Source: a virus
Taxonomy: Duplodnaviria > Heunggongvirae > Uroviricota > Caudoviricetes
Virus record (IMG/VR): IMGVR_UViG_2734482570_000003
Reading direction: 5' to 3' (one strand)
DNA: 33,537 nt
A program made the position numbers and the translations under genes. Of the stretch, positions 22,925-31,384 are shown piece by piece (the first letter of the stretch is position 1; the number at the start of each line of letters is the position of its first letter). The notes below the pieces were generated by a model. That model was given only the letters and a program-made list of their open reading frames with translations. It was not told the origin of the DNA and did not search any database.

Positions 22925-23152
22925 CTATACCCAAATTTTCTGTTGATATGTTCTGGATGGTTTTGGCGTTCTTTCTGATTCAGGTAAATGAACATAAACG
23001 CAATATCCATCACCTAAAAAATCAGAACGAACAACCAGAACTTTCTTACCACGCCGCCGATAAGTATCTGAAAGACGCTCTGCTTCATCATGCGTCATCG
23101 GCCCCTGCTTAAATGGCGTTATTTTCATTTTCTTGTGCGACCACGGTCGCAC
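22925..23152 (-). CDS. Hypothetical small protein
   Basis: 75-aa ORF; start uncertain. Confidence 0.3.
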   Translation of the reverse strand: MRPWSHKKMKITPFKQGPMTHDEAERLSDTYRRRGKKVLVVRSDFLGDGYCVYVHLPESERTPKPSRTYQQKIWV

Positions 23153-23429
23153 CCTCTCTGATTTCCAAGTAACGCTTAATCCAAAGATTTTCTATATGCT
23201 TATTACCTGGCTGATTTGATAAATACCAATCGGCAATTACAGACTGCTTATTACTATCTGGTCGTGTCCTGTAACCACAAGTTGGACACCAGATAACATA
23301 TTCATTTCTTACCCCCGAATACCTTAATTCTGGCTTCGACGGTTTCCTGAACATAACTTGTTTACAAAGACAGAATGGCACTTCCTGCCCGATGGCGTTT
23401 GATGATTTCACTGCGCTTCTCCGCCGCAT
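23109..23429 (-). CDS. Hypothetical protein with CxC...CxxC motif
   Basis: 106 aa; FCLCKQ ... WCPTCGY. Confidence 0.4.
   Translation of the reverse strand: MRRRSAVKSSNAIGQEVPFCLCKQVMFRKPSKPELRYSGVRNEYVIWCPTCGYRTRPDSNKQSVIADWYLSNQPGNKHIENLWIKRYLEIREGATVVAQENENNAI
23136..23151. repeat. sopC-like centromere palindrome TGCGACC-AC-GGTCGCA (copy 3)
   Basis: Identical 16-mer to copy 1; lies in the 3-prime end of the 23109..23429 ORF. Confidence 0.6.
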
Positions 23430-24072
23430 TTAATAATGCAGTTCGATTTAAGCTCAGACATCGCGACTTAATTAAAAGCCAGCGTTCTTTATAATCTTGT
23501 CTCCAGCTATCAATAGATATATTCAGTAGAAAACTCAGATGCCTGTCCTGTTCTCTCTCATCAACTGCCTCAGCACACGTAAGTTCTGATTTAACCTGTT
23601 GTGCCGCGTAATAAATCAATTTCCGCATGGCTTTTTTCGTGGAGGCCTTCATTTTTTTAAAGCCGCCCCCCGAATGAGCAACCAGAAAATCAAGCCATAA
23701 CCACTGACAAACAATCACATCATTGTTGTAATCAGGCTTGCATCCGTAGCAATAATAAAGCCAGGCTGATTCCTCGTTATTCAACTGACCAATAGCCCTG
23801 CGCCAGCTGGCGCTCTGAAAATCAATATCAGTGAGCAACATTGATGATTGTTTAAATGTTTTCCCCTGGTGGAATCTAACCGGCTCAGCAGGAACGGACA
23901 CTTCGTATGAGTTATCATCCCCCACACTGATTGACCGGACTGGTTTATTGTTAAACCGTCCTGATCTACCGAGACGCATCTGCTCAAGCTGGACCTCCAG
24001 AATGCCACGCTGGCGATAATGAACATCAGCCAATGCCGTAGAGACGCAGCTGCGTATATACTCAAGCTCCAC
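23362..24072 (-). CDS. Possible late-gene antiterminator Q-like protein (assignment by position only)
   Basis: 236-aa ORF immediately downstream of cro, where N15-type immunity regions carry Q; no motif verified. Confidence 0.35.
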   Translation of the reverse strand: MELEYIRSCVSTALADVHYRQRGILEVQLEQMRLGRSGRFNNKPVRSISVGDDNSYEVSVPAEPVRFHQGKTFKQSSMLLTDIDFQSASWRRAIGQLNNEESAWLYYCYGCKPDYNNDVIVCQWLWLDFLVAHSGGGFKKMKASTKKAMRKLIYYAAQQVKSELTCAEAVDEREQDRHLSFLLNISIDSWRQDYKERWLLIKSRCLSLNRTALLNAAEKRSEIIKRHRAGSAILSL

Positions 24073-24283
24073 GCTTACGACTCTCCTTAATCGACTGCTT
24101 TACCCGCCGAGTTGTAAAGTCACTCTTCAGCTTATAAGCAGTACGAACTTCAATATCGCTTTGCCGCAATGAAGGAATCTCTCCAGCGGTTAACCATTGG
24201 TAAACAGCTCCGGGTGTTACACCTACCCCTGCCGCTGCTTTTTCTACACTGCCAAAATGGCGAATAAGTTCTTCTGGTTTCAT
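24062..24283 (-). CDS. cro: Cro-like HTH regulator
   Basis: Track ORF 24062..24310; probable start MKPEEL; HTH AAAGVGVTPGAVYQWL; divergent from the repressor gene. Confidence 0.7.
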   Translation of the reverse strand: MKPEELIRHFGSVEKAAAGVGVTPGAVYQWLTAGEIPSLRQSDIEVRTAYKLKSDFTTRRVKQSIKESRKRGA

Positions 24284-24310
24284 GTTGTTATTATAAACAA
24301 TAAACAACAA

Positions 24311-24352
24311 TTAAAGCCAGCTATAATAAATAAATTTTATAGCCAGCTATAA
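24311..24352. promoter_or_regulatory. Two operator-like 16-bp palindromes in the cro / cB divergent control region
   Basis: TTATAGC-CA-GCTATAA (perfect) at 24337-24352 and TTAAAGC-CA-GCTATAA (one mismatch) at 24311-24326, centres 26 bp apart; AT-rich -10-like hexamers overlap. Confidence 0.65.
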
Positions 24353-24374
24353 GAAGATCATTTATGATTACAGT

Positions 24375-24971
24375 ATGAAAACACGAGGCGAACGACTGAA
24401 AGCACGCCGTTTAGAGATGAAGCTGACGTTGCGAGAAGTTGCTGAGGCTGTCGATATCTCTATAGCAGGCGTCCAAAACTTAGAACGTGGCGACGTAATG
24501 CCGTCACTGGAGATAGGTATTGCCCTGGCTAAGTGCTTACGCAAGCCAGTGCATTGGGTGCTATATGGGACAGAATATGACCCTGATCGCATTCCTGTTA
24601 TTGGCACAACTGAAAGTGGGCCGGATGAAGAGTGGAAGCCGGGACAGGTTCCAAATACTGAGCGATTCCTGCCATTCATCAGCCAGCGCAATACTGTGTA
24701 TGCGTTAACTATCAGCAATCTTACGCAGGGAAACTATCAGCCAGGCGATTTTCTCCTGGTCGATTCTGCGCTGGAACTGGTCCCCGGCGAGGATGTTCTG
24801 GTTCGTGATACTGCAGGAAATATCACTATCCAGCGCCTGGCCCGTTTTGATGATGAAAATTACTATCTGGATGGAACAAACTCACAACGCGCCATCTTCA
24901 GGAAAAGCGATCTTGAATTTGTTCACCAAATAGTCGGAACGATCAAATCATTCATGGTTGAGGGTAGATGA
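24375..24971 (+). CDS. cB: Prophage repressor (CI/CB-like; N-terminal HTH, C-terminal LexA/S24-like domain)
   Basis: 198 aa; HTH LTLREVAEAVDISIAGVQNLERG; C-terminal GDFLLVDSALELVPGEDVLV resembles an S24 fold; divergent from cro with operators between. Confidence 0.8.
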   Translation: MKTRGERLKARRLEMKLTLREVAEAVDISIAGVQNLERGDVMPSLEIGIALAKCLRKPVHWVLYGTEYDPDRIPVIGTTESGPDEEWKPGQVPNTERFLPFISQRNTVYALTISNLTQGNYQPGDFLLVDSALELVPGEDVLVRDTAGNITIQRLARFDDENYYLDGTNSQRAIFRKSDLEFVHQIVGTIKSFMVEGR

Positions 24972-25073
24972 CTTAATACGGGGTTTATTGTTTGCTGTAA
25001 ATCTGGTTTAATGCAGGGCATATGTTCTGTGGGTTGACTCAGGTTACAGCAGCAGAAAAAAGACGAAAAAAAA

Positions 25074-25100
25074 CCCGAGTCGGCAAACTCGGGTCCTTTT
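25074..25100 (+). terminator. Rho-independent terminator after the repressor gene
   Basis: CCCGAGT-CGGCAA-ACTCGGG followed by TCCTTTT; preceded by an A-run. Confidence 0.65.
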
Positions 25101-25216
25101 CAGGAAGCAGCCACAGTAACGCGACGGATTCCGTCAATTCAAGATGCGTTTATTGTGGCTGCTCCTGCGGATTTTTTCAACCCGAAAAAACATAATTCGC
25201 ATGGAATGGCTAAAAA

Positions 25217-28200
25217 ATGACATTAAACGATTTCTATGCGGATCGCTTTGGCAGCGATCCGTTCTCGCTAATTGAAGCAGCACGGGATGAACTAACCGAG
25301 CTGGCACAGATGGCTGGTATCAACTGGCCTGCCTGTTCCGACAACATCCAACTCAACCCTCGCGGGGGGGTTGAGCGTTACTCTTCATACAATAAAACAT
25401 CTCCAGAAGCTCTCGAAAAGAGCCTGAAAGGACGCGTAGAAATTTACTCCAGGCTGGAACACAGCAAAGGGATTGATTACCCGTTCATTAACTTCGTCCA
25501 TAAAGGCAGCGATGCTGGCTCATGGAGCGGTTTCTCCTTCCTGTTTTCTGAATATCGCCGTGAGCAACAACGGAATAATGCGACCGTGGTCGCACAACCG
25601 GAAGAAGAACGGGAAAGAATAGAACGTCAGGCCGAAGCACGTCGTCGCCGTGAAGAACAAAAACGAATTAATGACCTGAAAAACAACCAAATGGACCATG
25701 AACGTTTGCTGGGATGGCTGGCATTCCACAGCGCGTGGGAACATGCTCCGGCTGAAGACGGCTCATGGCCATATGCGATTAAAAAAGGTATTCGTGACGT
25801 TTTTAGTTCATGTGATGTGCGTCGCGTGACCAGTCACGACAGTGCGAAATGGAGCCGGGGGCCAACCACATATATGGCTATCCCTCTGGCTCACCTGGAC
25901 AGTCGTTATGATGGTCGTATTGTGGGTTGGCAGCGAATCGACAAACAAGGTGGGAAATACCAGACCAGCGCAGTAACCAGCGGCGATTTCGTCGGTGCCT
26001 GCTTTGTTATCGGTGAGCTGAAAGGGGCGCAAAACATCGCTGTTACAGAAGGTTTTGCTACTGGTGCATCCATCTGGCTTGCCACGAAAAAAGATAAACG
26101 CTTTGACGCTGTGGTTGTCGCTGTATCCGCTAACAACATGGTTCATGTTGTGGAACAACTGGTAAACATGTACCCGGCGGCAAAAATCACCTGCGCACTG
26201 GATAATGACCGGAAATCTGCCACAGAAGGAAAAGGGAATACCGGCCTGCGGACTGGCTATGAAATCTTATCGAAATTCAACGATGTCCGCTGCGTCTATC
26301 CAACTTTTGAAGACGATCCGCAAATGGAGTGCAGTGACTTCAACGACCTGCACAAACTACGTGGACTTCGTGAAACAGCACGTCAACTATTTGCAACAGC
26401 AAACCGCCTGAAAACCGGTACTGATTTGCTATCTCTGACGCTCAACCGCCTGAAGACAATTAAGCGGGATAACCGTCGTACTTTTGCCAAAGAGCTGCTG
26501 AGAGCGGTGGATATTGGCATGCTAACCTGTCCGGTTCCTAACAGTCCGTCAGATTTATTTAACATGTTCTGCATCGTTCTGCGTGAAATGGGACTGGAAA
26601 ATATCTATCGTGCTACGGTAAAAGACCACATTGCCCGTCGCCTGAATAAAAAGTGCCGTATTGCCCAGGCTCCGCGCTCTTTCAGCGAACGCATAACTGA
26701 TCCCAATAAACGACCTCAACATATCACCTATAAGCGTTTTGAAACTTCGGTAATGACCGATGATGTCCTGAAGTACGTGCAATCACTACAGGGGATAGTC
26801 ATCGTCCGTGCTGGTATGGGTTCCGGCAAATCTACTGGATTGTTACGACCGTTAATGCATAGCTCAGAACGTGGTATCTCTGTTGCTCACCGTGTCTCCC
26901 TTATTGGTGGCCTGTGGGAAATGATGACAGAAGGAAAAGGTGTAAAAGCCGATATCCTGCACTATCAGGATCCTGGCTATCAGGAAATGGCTCCATACGC
27001 CAGTAAACTGACCATCTGCATAAACTCGATTGTTAAAAACTGCTGGCAACCGTTGATGCGCCAGCACGACTATTTTGGCTTTGACGAGGCCACACAAGGG
27101 CTACGTGCCGTTCTTTCCGGTCGGGCTATGGAAAACCCGGTGGCTGTATTCAATACGCTAATTGACGCGCTGGCCAGAACGGAACAACACCCAATCATGG
27201 TGGATGCTGATGCGAACGATCTGCTGGTTGACCTGGCTGAACTAGCTATGAAACGCCGTGAAGAACTAGGTTTACCGGCATGGCTGCAGATCCACGTAAT
27301 TGAATTACCTGTTGATGTTCGCAACCGCGAAACAGGTGAGCCAATCCGGGTTTTTTATACAGAAAAAGATCGCATCATGACCGAGGTGGTGAAAGCTGTA
27401 TCGGATGGCGAAAAAATCATGTTGGCCACCGACAGCTCCACCTTTGCAGAAGATGTGACAGCCACCCTGAGAATGCATTTTCCTGGTAAGAAATTTCTGT
27501 GTGTAAACCAGAAAAACAAACCAGAGCCAGAAGTTGAAGCATTTACCAATCAACCGAAAAAGATGGTCAAAAAATACGACGGCCTGATTTATAGCCCGTC
27601 TATTTCATCCGGCGTGTCGATTGAGCAAAAACATTTTGACCGTCATTTCGGCATGTTCTGTGGTGAAGTTGTACCCAGCGACGCAGTGCAAATGCTACGC
27701 CGCGACCGTACAGCAAAAGAATTTATTATCGGCTTTGATAAAGCTCGTGCAAAACGTGAAACTGACCCGCAAAAAATAGAACGAGCATTCGCCCAGGCAT
27801 TGCTTGCTACTGCAGGTATGAACGGTGAACTGACGGATGTCGTTTTCGATGGCGACCGTATATCAATGGGGGTGGCCAATACCGACTTTACCAGGATGAA
27901 AATTAAAGCAGCCGCAATTGAAGCGTCTGCACGTAACGACTACGCCAGCAACATGATCTGCATCATGCACAGCGACGGTTATAAGATATCGCCGCTGGCC
28001 ACCGATTATGCTGCAAATGATATCGGTAAAGATCTGCGTAAAGAAGCGCGGGATATTGTGTGGGAACAGACACTGGATCTGCATCTCAATACAGAAACTC
28101 CACAAGAATCAGAGCGTGAAGAACTGCTAAAAAAACGCGCGCTAACGCTTGAAGAACAGGCAAAACTTGTCCGCTGGGATATTGAGAACGAACTGAAACT

Positions 28201-29212
28201 ACCGGTTGAAGAAGGCACGCTGAAATTCTATTTCGATGGTGCTCGAGACAAAGTTCGCCGCTATGAAACAATGCTTTTAGATGAGGTAACAGCTCGTCGT
28301 TACGACCGGGAAGAAGCAGCCATCAATTTTACCTACGCATACCGTCAGGCGGGACAGTGGCAATATTTTGTAGTGACCGCAATGACTCGCGAGCAGGCTG
28401 ATGATGTCTTTAAAACTAAATTCCCTGGAATAATCGACTACAAGGTAAAAGCTACTCCTACTGTTGAAGTCGGGGCGCGCGGTTTCTATGCGCTTAAATC
28501 AGCAACTCTCCGGCAGTACTTTATCGACTGCGGTATCAACCCTGAGACTATGACCGGCGAGGCGACTCAGGAGCGTCTCAAATTTGCTCGAGATAACCTC
28601 ATGACAGCCGAACGCCGTGACCTGTTGAATAACGTTCTGCACATTGGTGGTTTTATGACGCCAAAAGGGAAGCCTAAAGTGCCGGAAGCGTTGTTTAAAA
28701 ACATTTGCGACTCTCTTGGCCTTAAAACAGGTAAACGTCGCGGCAGAGACGGCGATAAGCGTCCAACCTTGCGTTTTGTTGAGCCTGAATCAGCGGCATT
28801 TATGCTGGATATTCTTGCTCAGCGTCAGAAAGATGGCCTAACCCTGAAAACGCGTAAAGCCGAGAAGACCGCCATCGAAATGGATCGCGATTTGGATCTC
28901 AATATATATATGGATGATAAAACGCGATCCACAAACGAGCAGGTTCAAAACGCCCCTCATTCAGTAATTTCTGAGGCTTTGGCCGTGTTGCCAGTGGCTG
29001 TACCTGAGTCCTGGGCGATGAGTGCGCTTTCCAGTGAGGAGTTGGCCACCATGTCATCATGGTCATCAGCCAGCATAGCTATGACGTTTGCATCCCTGTA
29101 CCTCACAGAGTTCATGGATCACCTTTCCAGCAATGAGCTGCGGCGGTTACGTGAATACATTACGGGGAATAGCTCATGCAGCTACGAAGAGCAGGGCGCT
29201 TTCTATGGGTAA
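25217..29212 (+). CDS. repA: Replication protein RepA (N-terminal TOPRIM primase domain plus P-loop helicase domain)
   Basis: 1331 aa; TOPRIM-like motifs (AVTEGFATGAS, ALDNDRKS); Walker A AGMGSGKST and Walker B-like FGFDEA; adjacent to cB as in N15-type phages. Confidence 0.85.
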   Translation: MTLNDFYADRFGSDPFSLIEAARDELTELAQMAGINWPACSDNIQLNPRGGVERYSSYNKTSPEALEKSLKGRVEIYSRLEHSKGIDYPFINFVHKGSDAGSWSGFSFLFSEYRREQQRNNATVVAQPEEERERIERQAEARRRREEQKRINDLKNNQMDHERLLGWLAFHSAWEHAPAEDGSWPYAIKKGIRDVFSSCDVRRVTSHDSAKWSRGPTTYMAIPLAHLDSRYDGRIVGWQRIDKQGGKYQTSAVTSGDFVGACFVIGELKGAQNIAVTEGFATGASIWLATKKDKRFDAVVVAVSANNMVHVVEQLVNMYPAAKITCALDNDRKSATEGKGNTGLRTGYEILSKFNDVRCVYPTFEDDPQMECSDFNDLHKLRGLRETARQLFATANRLKTGTDLLSLTLNRLKTIKRDNRRTFAKELLRAVDIGMLTCPVPNSPSDLFNMFCIVLREMGLENIYRATVKDHIARRLNKKCRIAQAPRSFSERITDPNKRPQHITYKRFETSVMTDDVLKYVQSLQGIVIVRAGMGSGKSTGLLRPLMHSSERGISVAHRVSLIGGLWEMMTEGKGVKADILHYQDPGYQEMAPYASKLTICINSIVKNCWQPLMRQHDYFGFDEATQGLRAVLSGRAMENPVAVFNTLIDALARTEQHPIMVDADANDLLVDLAELAMKRREELGLPAWLQIHVIELPVDVRNRETGEPIRVFYTEKDRIMTEVVKAVSDGEKIMLATDSSTFAEDVTATLRMHFPGKKFLCVNQKNKPEPEVEAFTNQPKKMVKKYDGLIYSPSISSGVSIEQKHFDRHFGMFCGEVVPSDAVQMLRRDRTAKEFIIGFDKARAKRETDPQKIERAFAQALLATAGMNGELTDVVFDGDRISMGVANTDFTRMKIKAAAIEASARNDYASNMICIMHSDGYKISPLATDYAANDIGKDLRKEARDIVWEQTLDLHLNTETPQESEREELLKKRALTLEEQAKLVRWDIENELKLPVEEGTLKFYFDGARDKVRRYETMLLDEVTARRYDREEAAINFTYAYRQAGQWQYFVVTAMTREQADDVFKTKFPGIIDYKVKATPTVEVGARGFYALKSATLRQYFIDCGINPETMTGEATQERLKFARDNLMTAERRDLLNNVLHIGGFMTPKGKPKVPEALFKNICDSLGLKTGKRRGRDGDKRPTLRFVEPESAAFMLDILAQRQKDGLTLKTRKAEKTAIEMDRDLDLNIYMDDKTRSTNEQVQNAPHSVISEALAVLPVAVPESWAMSALSSEELATMSSWSSASIAMTFASLYLTEFMDHLSSNELRRLREYITGNSSCSYEEQGAFYG
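25579..25594. repeat. sopC-like centromere palindrome TGCGACC-GT-GGTCGCA (copy 4, inside repA, encodes ATVVA)
   Basis: Perfect palindrome within the repA coding sequence. Confidence 0.6.
25825..25838. repeat. Palindrome family B CGTGAC-CA-GTCACG (copy 2, inside repA)
   Basis: Exact 14-mer match to the 19753 copy. Confidence 0.5.
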
Positions 29213-29396
29213 TGATTGGATATTATCTTTGTGTCTCTTGCTTTGTGTGTTCCATCTATGGTTTTGGTTCATAGACCGAAAGTCTCACAAGGAAAACATG
29301 AAGGCCAGGAAGGCGATGTTTCGTGGTGAACAATTTGCGCAGACTTATCGTATGTGGAAACGTTTCTATCGTGAATTTTCGGTGAACAGGGAGTAA
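29203..29396 (+). CDS. Possible small membrane protein overlapping the repA stop
   Basis: ATG inside the final repA codons; about 63 aa with one TM helix (WILSLCLLLCVFHLWFWFI) and a basic tail; part of track ORF 29088..29396. Confidence 0.3.
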
Positions 29397-29400
29397 AAAT

Positions 29401-29727
29401 ATGTCTACTACTGCATTTTTGGACAAACTTGATTACCGTCAGCTGCAGTTCTGCCGGGATGAATGCGAACGACGCATTAGGGCTATCCAGGAGGAAGAAA
29501 AAAAGGTCGCCTGGGCTGTAACAGATCGTGGCCTTATCTTTGGCTGGTTCCGTACGGAGGATTATCTGAAAGCAGTGGAATTATTGGCGCGTAAGGCTGC
29601 TGAGCGTTGGGAACTAGCCGACAAGGAAAACCCGGAGACGAAGTATGAACTGAATCTCTACATCGAGGGCAACCGTCTACCATTGTCAGAGTATAACGCT
29701 TTGTTTGCTGATGGTGAGTGGGGTTAA
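29401..29727 (+). CDS. Hypothetical protein
   Basis: 108 aa; GGGAG RBS about 9 nt upstream. Confidence 0.55.
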   Translation: MSTTAFLDKLDYRQLQFCRDECERRIRAIQEEEKKVAWAVTDRGLIFGWFRTEDYLKAVELLARKAAERWELADKENPETKYELNLYIEGNRLPLSEYNALFADGEWG

Positions 29728-29729
29728 AA

Positions 29730-30125
29730 ATGGCTGTTCAATCATACAAATACGAATCCCCTTTGGATAAGGGATACATTCGTATCAAGTTAAGTCGTTC
29801 TCAGCATAAGGCTATTTTTAAGGTAAGGAAAATTCGCATATTGGATGCGTATGCGTATTACTACAACGGTGAAAATGTTGTTGTTGAACACTTTCTTGCA
29901 CGATGGTTTGTAGCTCTGATTTTTGTCCCTCTCCTGTTAATTGGTACTTTTGTGGATGGTTTTCCTAGTACATGGCGGGAGATAAAGAAAGGCCTATTCC
30001 CGCATAAGTACGGCAGATTTTCGCAAGATAGCTGGCGAGTTATACCTGGTAAACATTCTGTAGATGAGCAACCGATTGTTGATTCCTGGTTGAATCGTAT
30101 GGCTGATGCTAAAAAAGTTGATTGA
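29730..30125 (+). CDS. Hypothetical membrane protein (one TM helix)
   Basis: Track ORF 29718..30125; start MAVQSYKYE; TM WFVALIFVPLLLIGTFV. Confidence 0.5.
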   Translation: MAVQSYKYESPLDKGYIRIKLSRSQHKAIFKVRKIRILDAYAYYYNGENVVVEHFLARWFVALIFVPLLLIGTFVDGFPSTWREIKKGLFPHKYGRFSQDSWRVIPGKHSVDEQPIVDSWLNRMADAKKVD

Positions 30126-30152
30126 ATTGTGATGACTGTTACAGGAGATAAA

Positions 30153-30440
30153 GTGAAGAGTTTTATTTTTGTTTTATGTTTTGCCTTTTCTGCTGCAGTT
30201 TATGCCCAGGAAGATAGCATTTCTGTTATTAACTCATCAGCGGAGCTTGCATGTAAAAATAATCCCGATGCTGCATCAAAAGAGTCATGCAAAGAGCTGC
30301 TCCTTTCGACGGCTGCTTTTGCTTCTGAAAATGCAAAATTTTATTCAGCCTTTTGTCGCGGCTATGTTAAGGACGAAGATAAAGAAAAATGTGATGATGC
30401 CGGTAAGTTAGTTAGGTATTTCCAATCTCTTAATCAGTAA
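30153..30440 (+). CDS. Small secreted Cys-containing protein (signal peptide)
   Basis: AGGAG RBS then GTG start; signal peptide MKSFIFVLCFAFSAAVYA / QEDS; four Cys in the mature part. Confidence 0.55.
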   Translation: MKSFIFVLCFAFSAAVYAQEDSISVINSSAELACKNNPDAASKESCKELLLSTAAFASENAKFYSAFCRGYVKDEDKEKCDDAGKLVRYFQSLNQ

Positions 30441-30501
30441 TGGCCTTTGATTAACGATCAACTTCTGATCACTCGTTCAAGCAAACTATAAAAACACCTG
30501 T

Positions 30502-30521
30502 CCCCGTGACTGGTCACGGGG
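30502..30521. repeat. Palindrome family B, extended copy CCCCGTGAC-TG-GTCACGGGG (copy 3)
   Basis: Perfect 9-bp arms; core CGTGAC-TG-GTCACG is the reverse orientation of the other two copies; just upstream of the putative small-RNA promoter. Confidence 0.5.
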
Positions 30522-30542
30522 TAAAATGTCTTTGCAAATTAT

Positions 30543-30572
30543 TGACGTGTGCGTCGTTTTGACGGTAAAGTT
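30543..30572 (+). promoter_or_regulatory. Putative sigma70-type promoter (TTGACG - 18 bp - TAAAGT) for the leader or small RNA
   Basis: Hexamers read by eye; spacing approximate. Confidence 0.3.
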
Positions 30573-30574
30573 TA

Positions 30575-30653
30575 CTCCGCTACGGTAAATCCCGTAGCCG
30601 GGCGTAGGAACCCGAGTAAATGAAGCGCACAACACGCGCCAGCGTGTTTTTTT
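30575..30653 (+). ncRNA. Candidate small regulatory RNA / leader transcript (c4-type antisense RNA analogue)
   Basis: Non-coding stretch with hairpin GCTACGG-TAAATC-CCGTAGC and intrinsic terminator ACACGC-GCCA-GCGTGT plus T6 (30632-30653); GCGTAGGAAC at 30602 recurs at 30768 in the downstream leader. Confidence 0.3.
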
Positions 30654-30816
30654 GTGTGTAAAATCTGCGTACACCAAATTTATGGTGGCTCAGATGGGGC
30701 AGCTTTTAGCTGGCCGGTTTCTTCGTTTACCGGTATTCCTACCCCCGTCTGGGCTACCGCCATATAGAGCGTAGGAACTCTGGTGGTAGCACGACCAATT
30801 AAACGGAGTGCATACC

Positions 30817-30981
30817 ATGTTCAAATTCAAATTTGCGGCAATCGTTCGCACAGACAAAAAGTCACACATCCATCATCTTTCCACCATCGCGTCATCTGAA
30901 CGGGAAGCTCGTCGCCAGTTCGCCAGCCGGTTTGTCCTGGTATTGTCTGCCCGTATTCCGGTGCGCGAGGTGGCTGCATGA
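30817..30981 (+). CDS. Small protein, first gene of the putative antirepressor-type operon
   Basis: 54-aa ORF, below the track threshold; GGAG RBS about 9 nt upstream; stop overlaps the next start (ATGA). Confidence 0.45.
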   Translation: MFKFKFAAIVRTDKKSHIHHLSTIASSEREARRQFASRFVLVLSARIPVREVAA

Positions 30982-31211
30982 ATCAGGTAAAAATGAACAC
31001 TGTTGGCCTGCTGGAATCGTTGGATGAACGTCTGGCTCAGGTCTATGCGCTCGTATCATCAGCCCATCGGACAATCTCCAGTTGTGAGGCGTCGATTTAT
31101 CTCTCAGAAGCAGGGAAACTCCTTCAAATTGCGTGTGAGCTAACACACGAAGCACAGGGTTATTCAGCATCGCTCTCGTCGCAATTGCTGCACGATAAGG
31201 AGGCTGAATGA
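30978..31211 (+). CDS. Hypothetical protein, second gene of the operon
   Basis: 77 aa; translationally coupled on both sides by ATGA overlaps. Confidence 0.5.
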   Translation: MNQVKMNTVGLLESLDERLAQVYALVSSAHRTISSCEASIYLSEAGKLLQIACELTHEAQGYSASLSSQLLHDKEAE

Positions 31212-31372
31212 GCGCGTTAGCAGTATTTTCCTTTCAGGAAGAGCATCAGGTTCGTGTAGTGATGATTAACGGCGAACCGTGGTTTGTTGCATCTGATGTG
31301 TGTATGGCGGCGGGTATTGATTCTACGGCCATCAGAAAGTTGGATGAGGACGAAAAGGGGCAGGCGAGGTAG
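31208..31372 (+). pseudogene. Truncated antirepressor (Bro-N / AntA N-terminal domain only)
   Basis: 54-aa ORF MSALAVFSFQEEHQVRVVMINGEPWFVASDVCMAAGI... carries the Bro-N signature (GEPWFVA-DVC) but stops after about 54 codons, where full antirepressors run about 180-250 aa. Confidence 0.5.
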
Positions 31373-31384
31373 ACCACACAACAA

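Noticed and set aside
24375-24971. Calling the repressor an autocleaving LexA-like protein
   Set aside because: A canonical Ser (G-x-S-M) / Lys catalytic dyad is not evident by eye in the C-terminal domain, so only a LexA/S24-like fold is claimed, not RecA-stimulated autocleavage.
30833-31027. Track ORF 30833..31027 (+) and 31284..31490 (+)
   Set aside because: They overlap, in other frames, better-supported ORFs with RBS and translational coupling (30817..30981, 30978..31211) or run into the telN 3-prime end.
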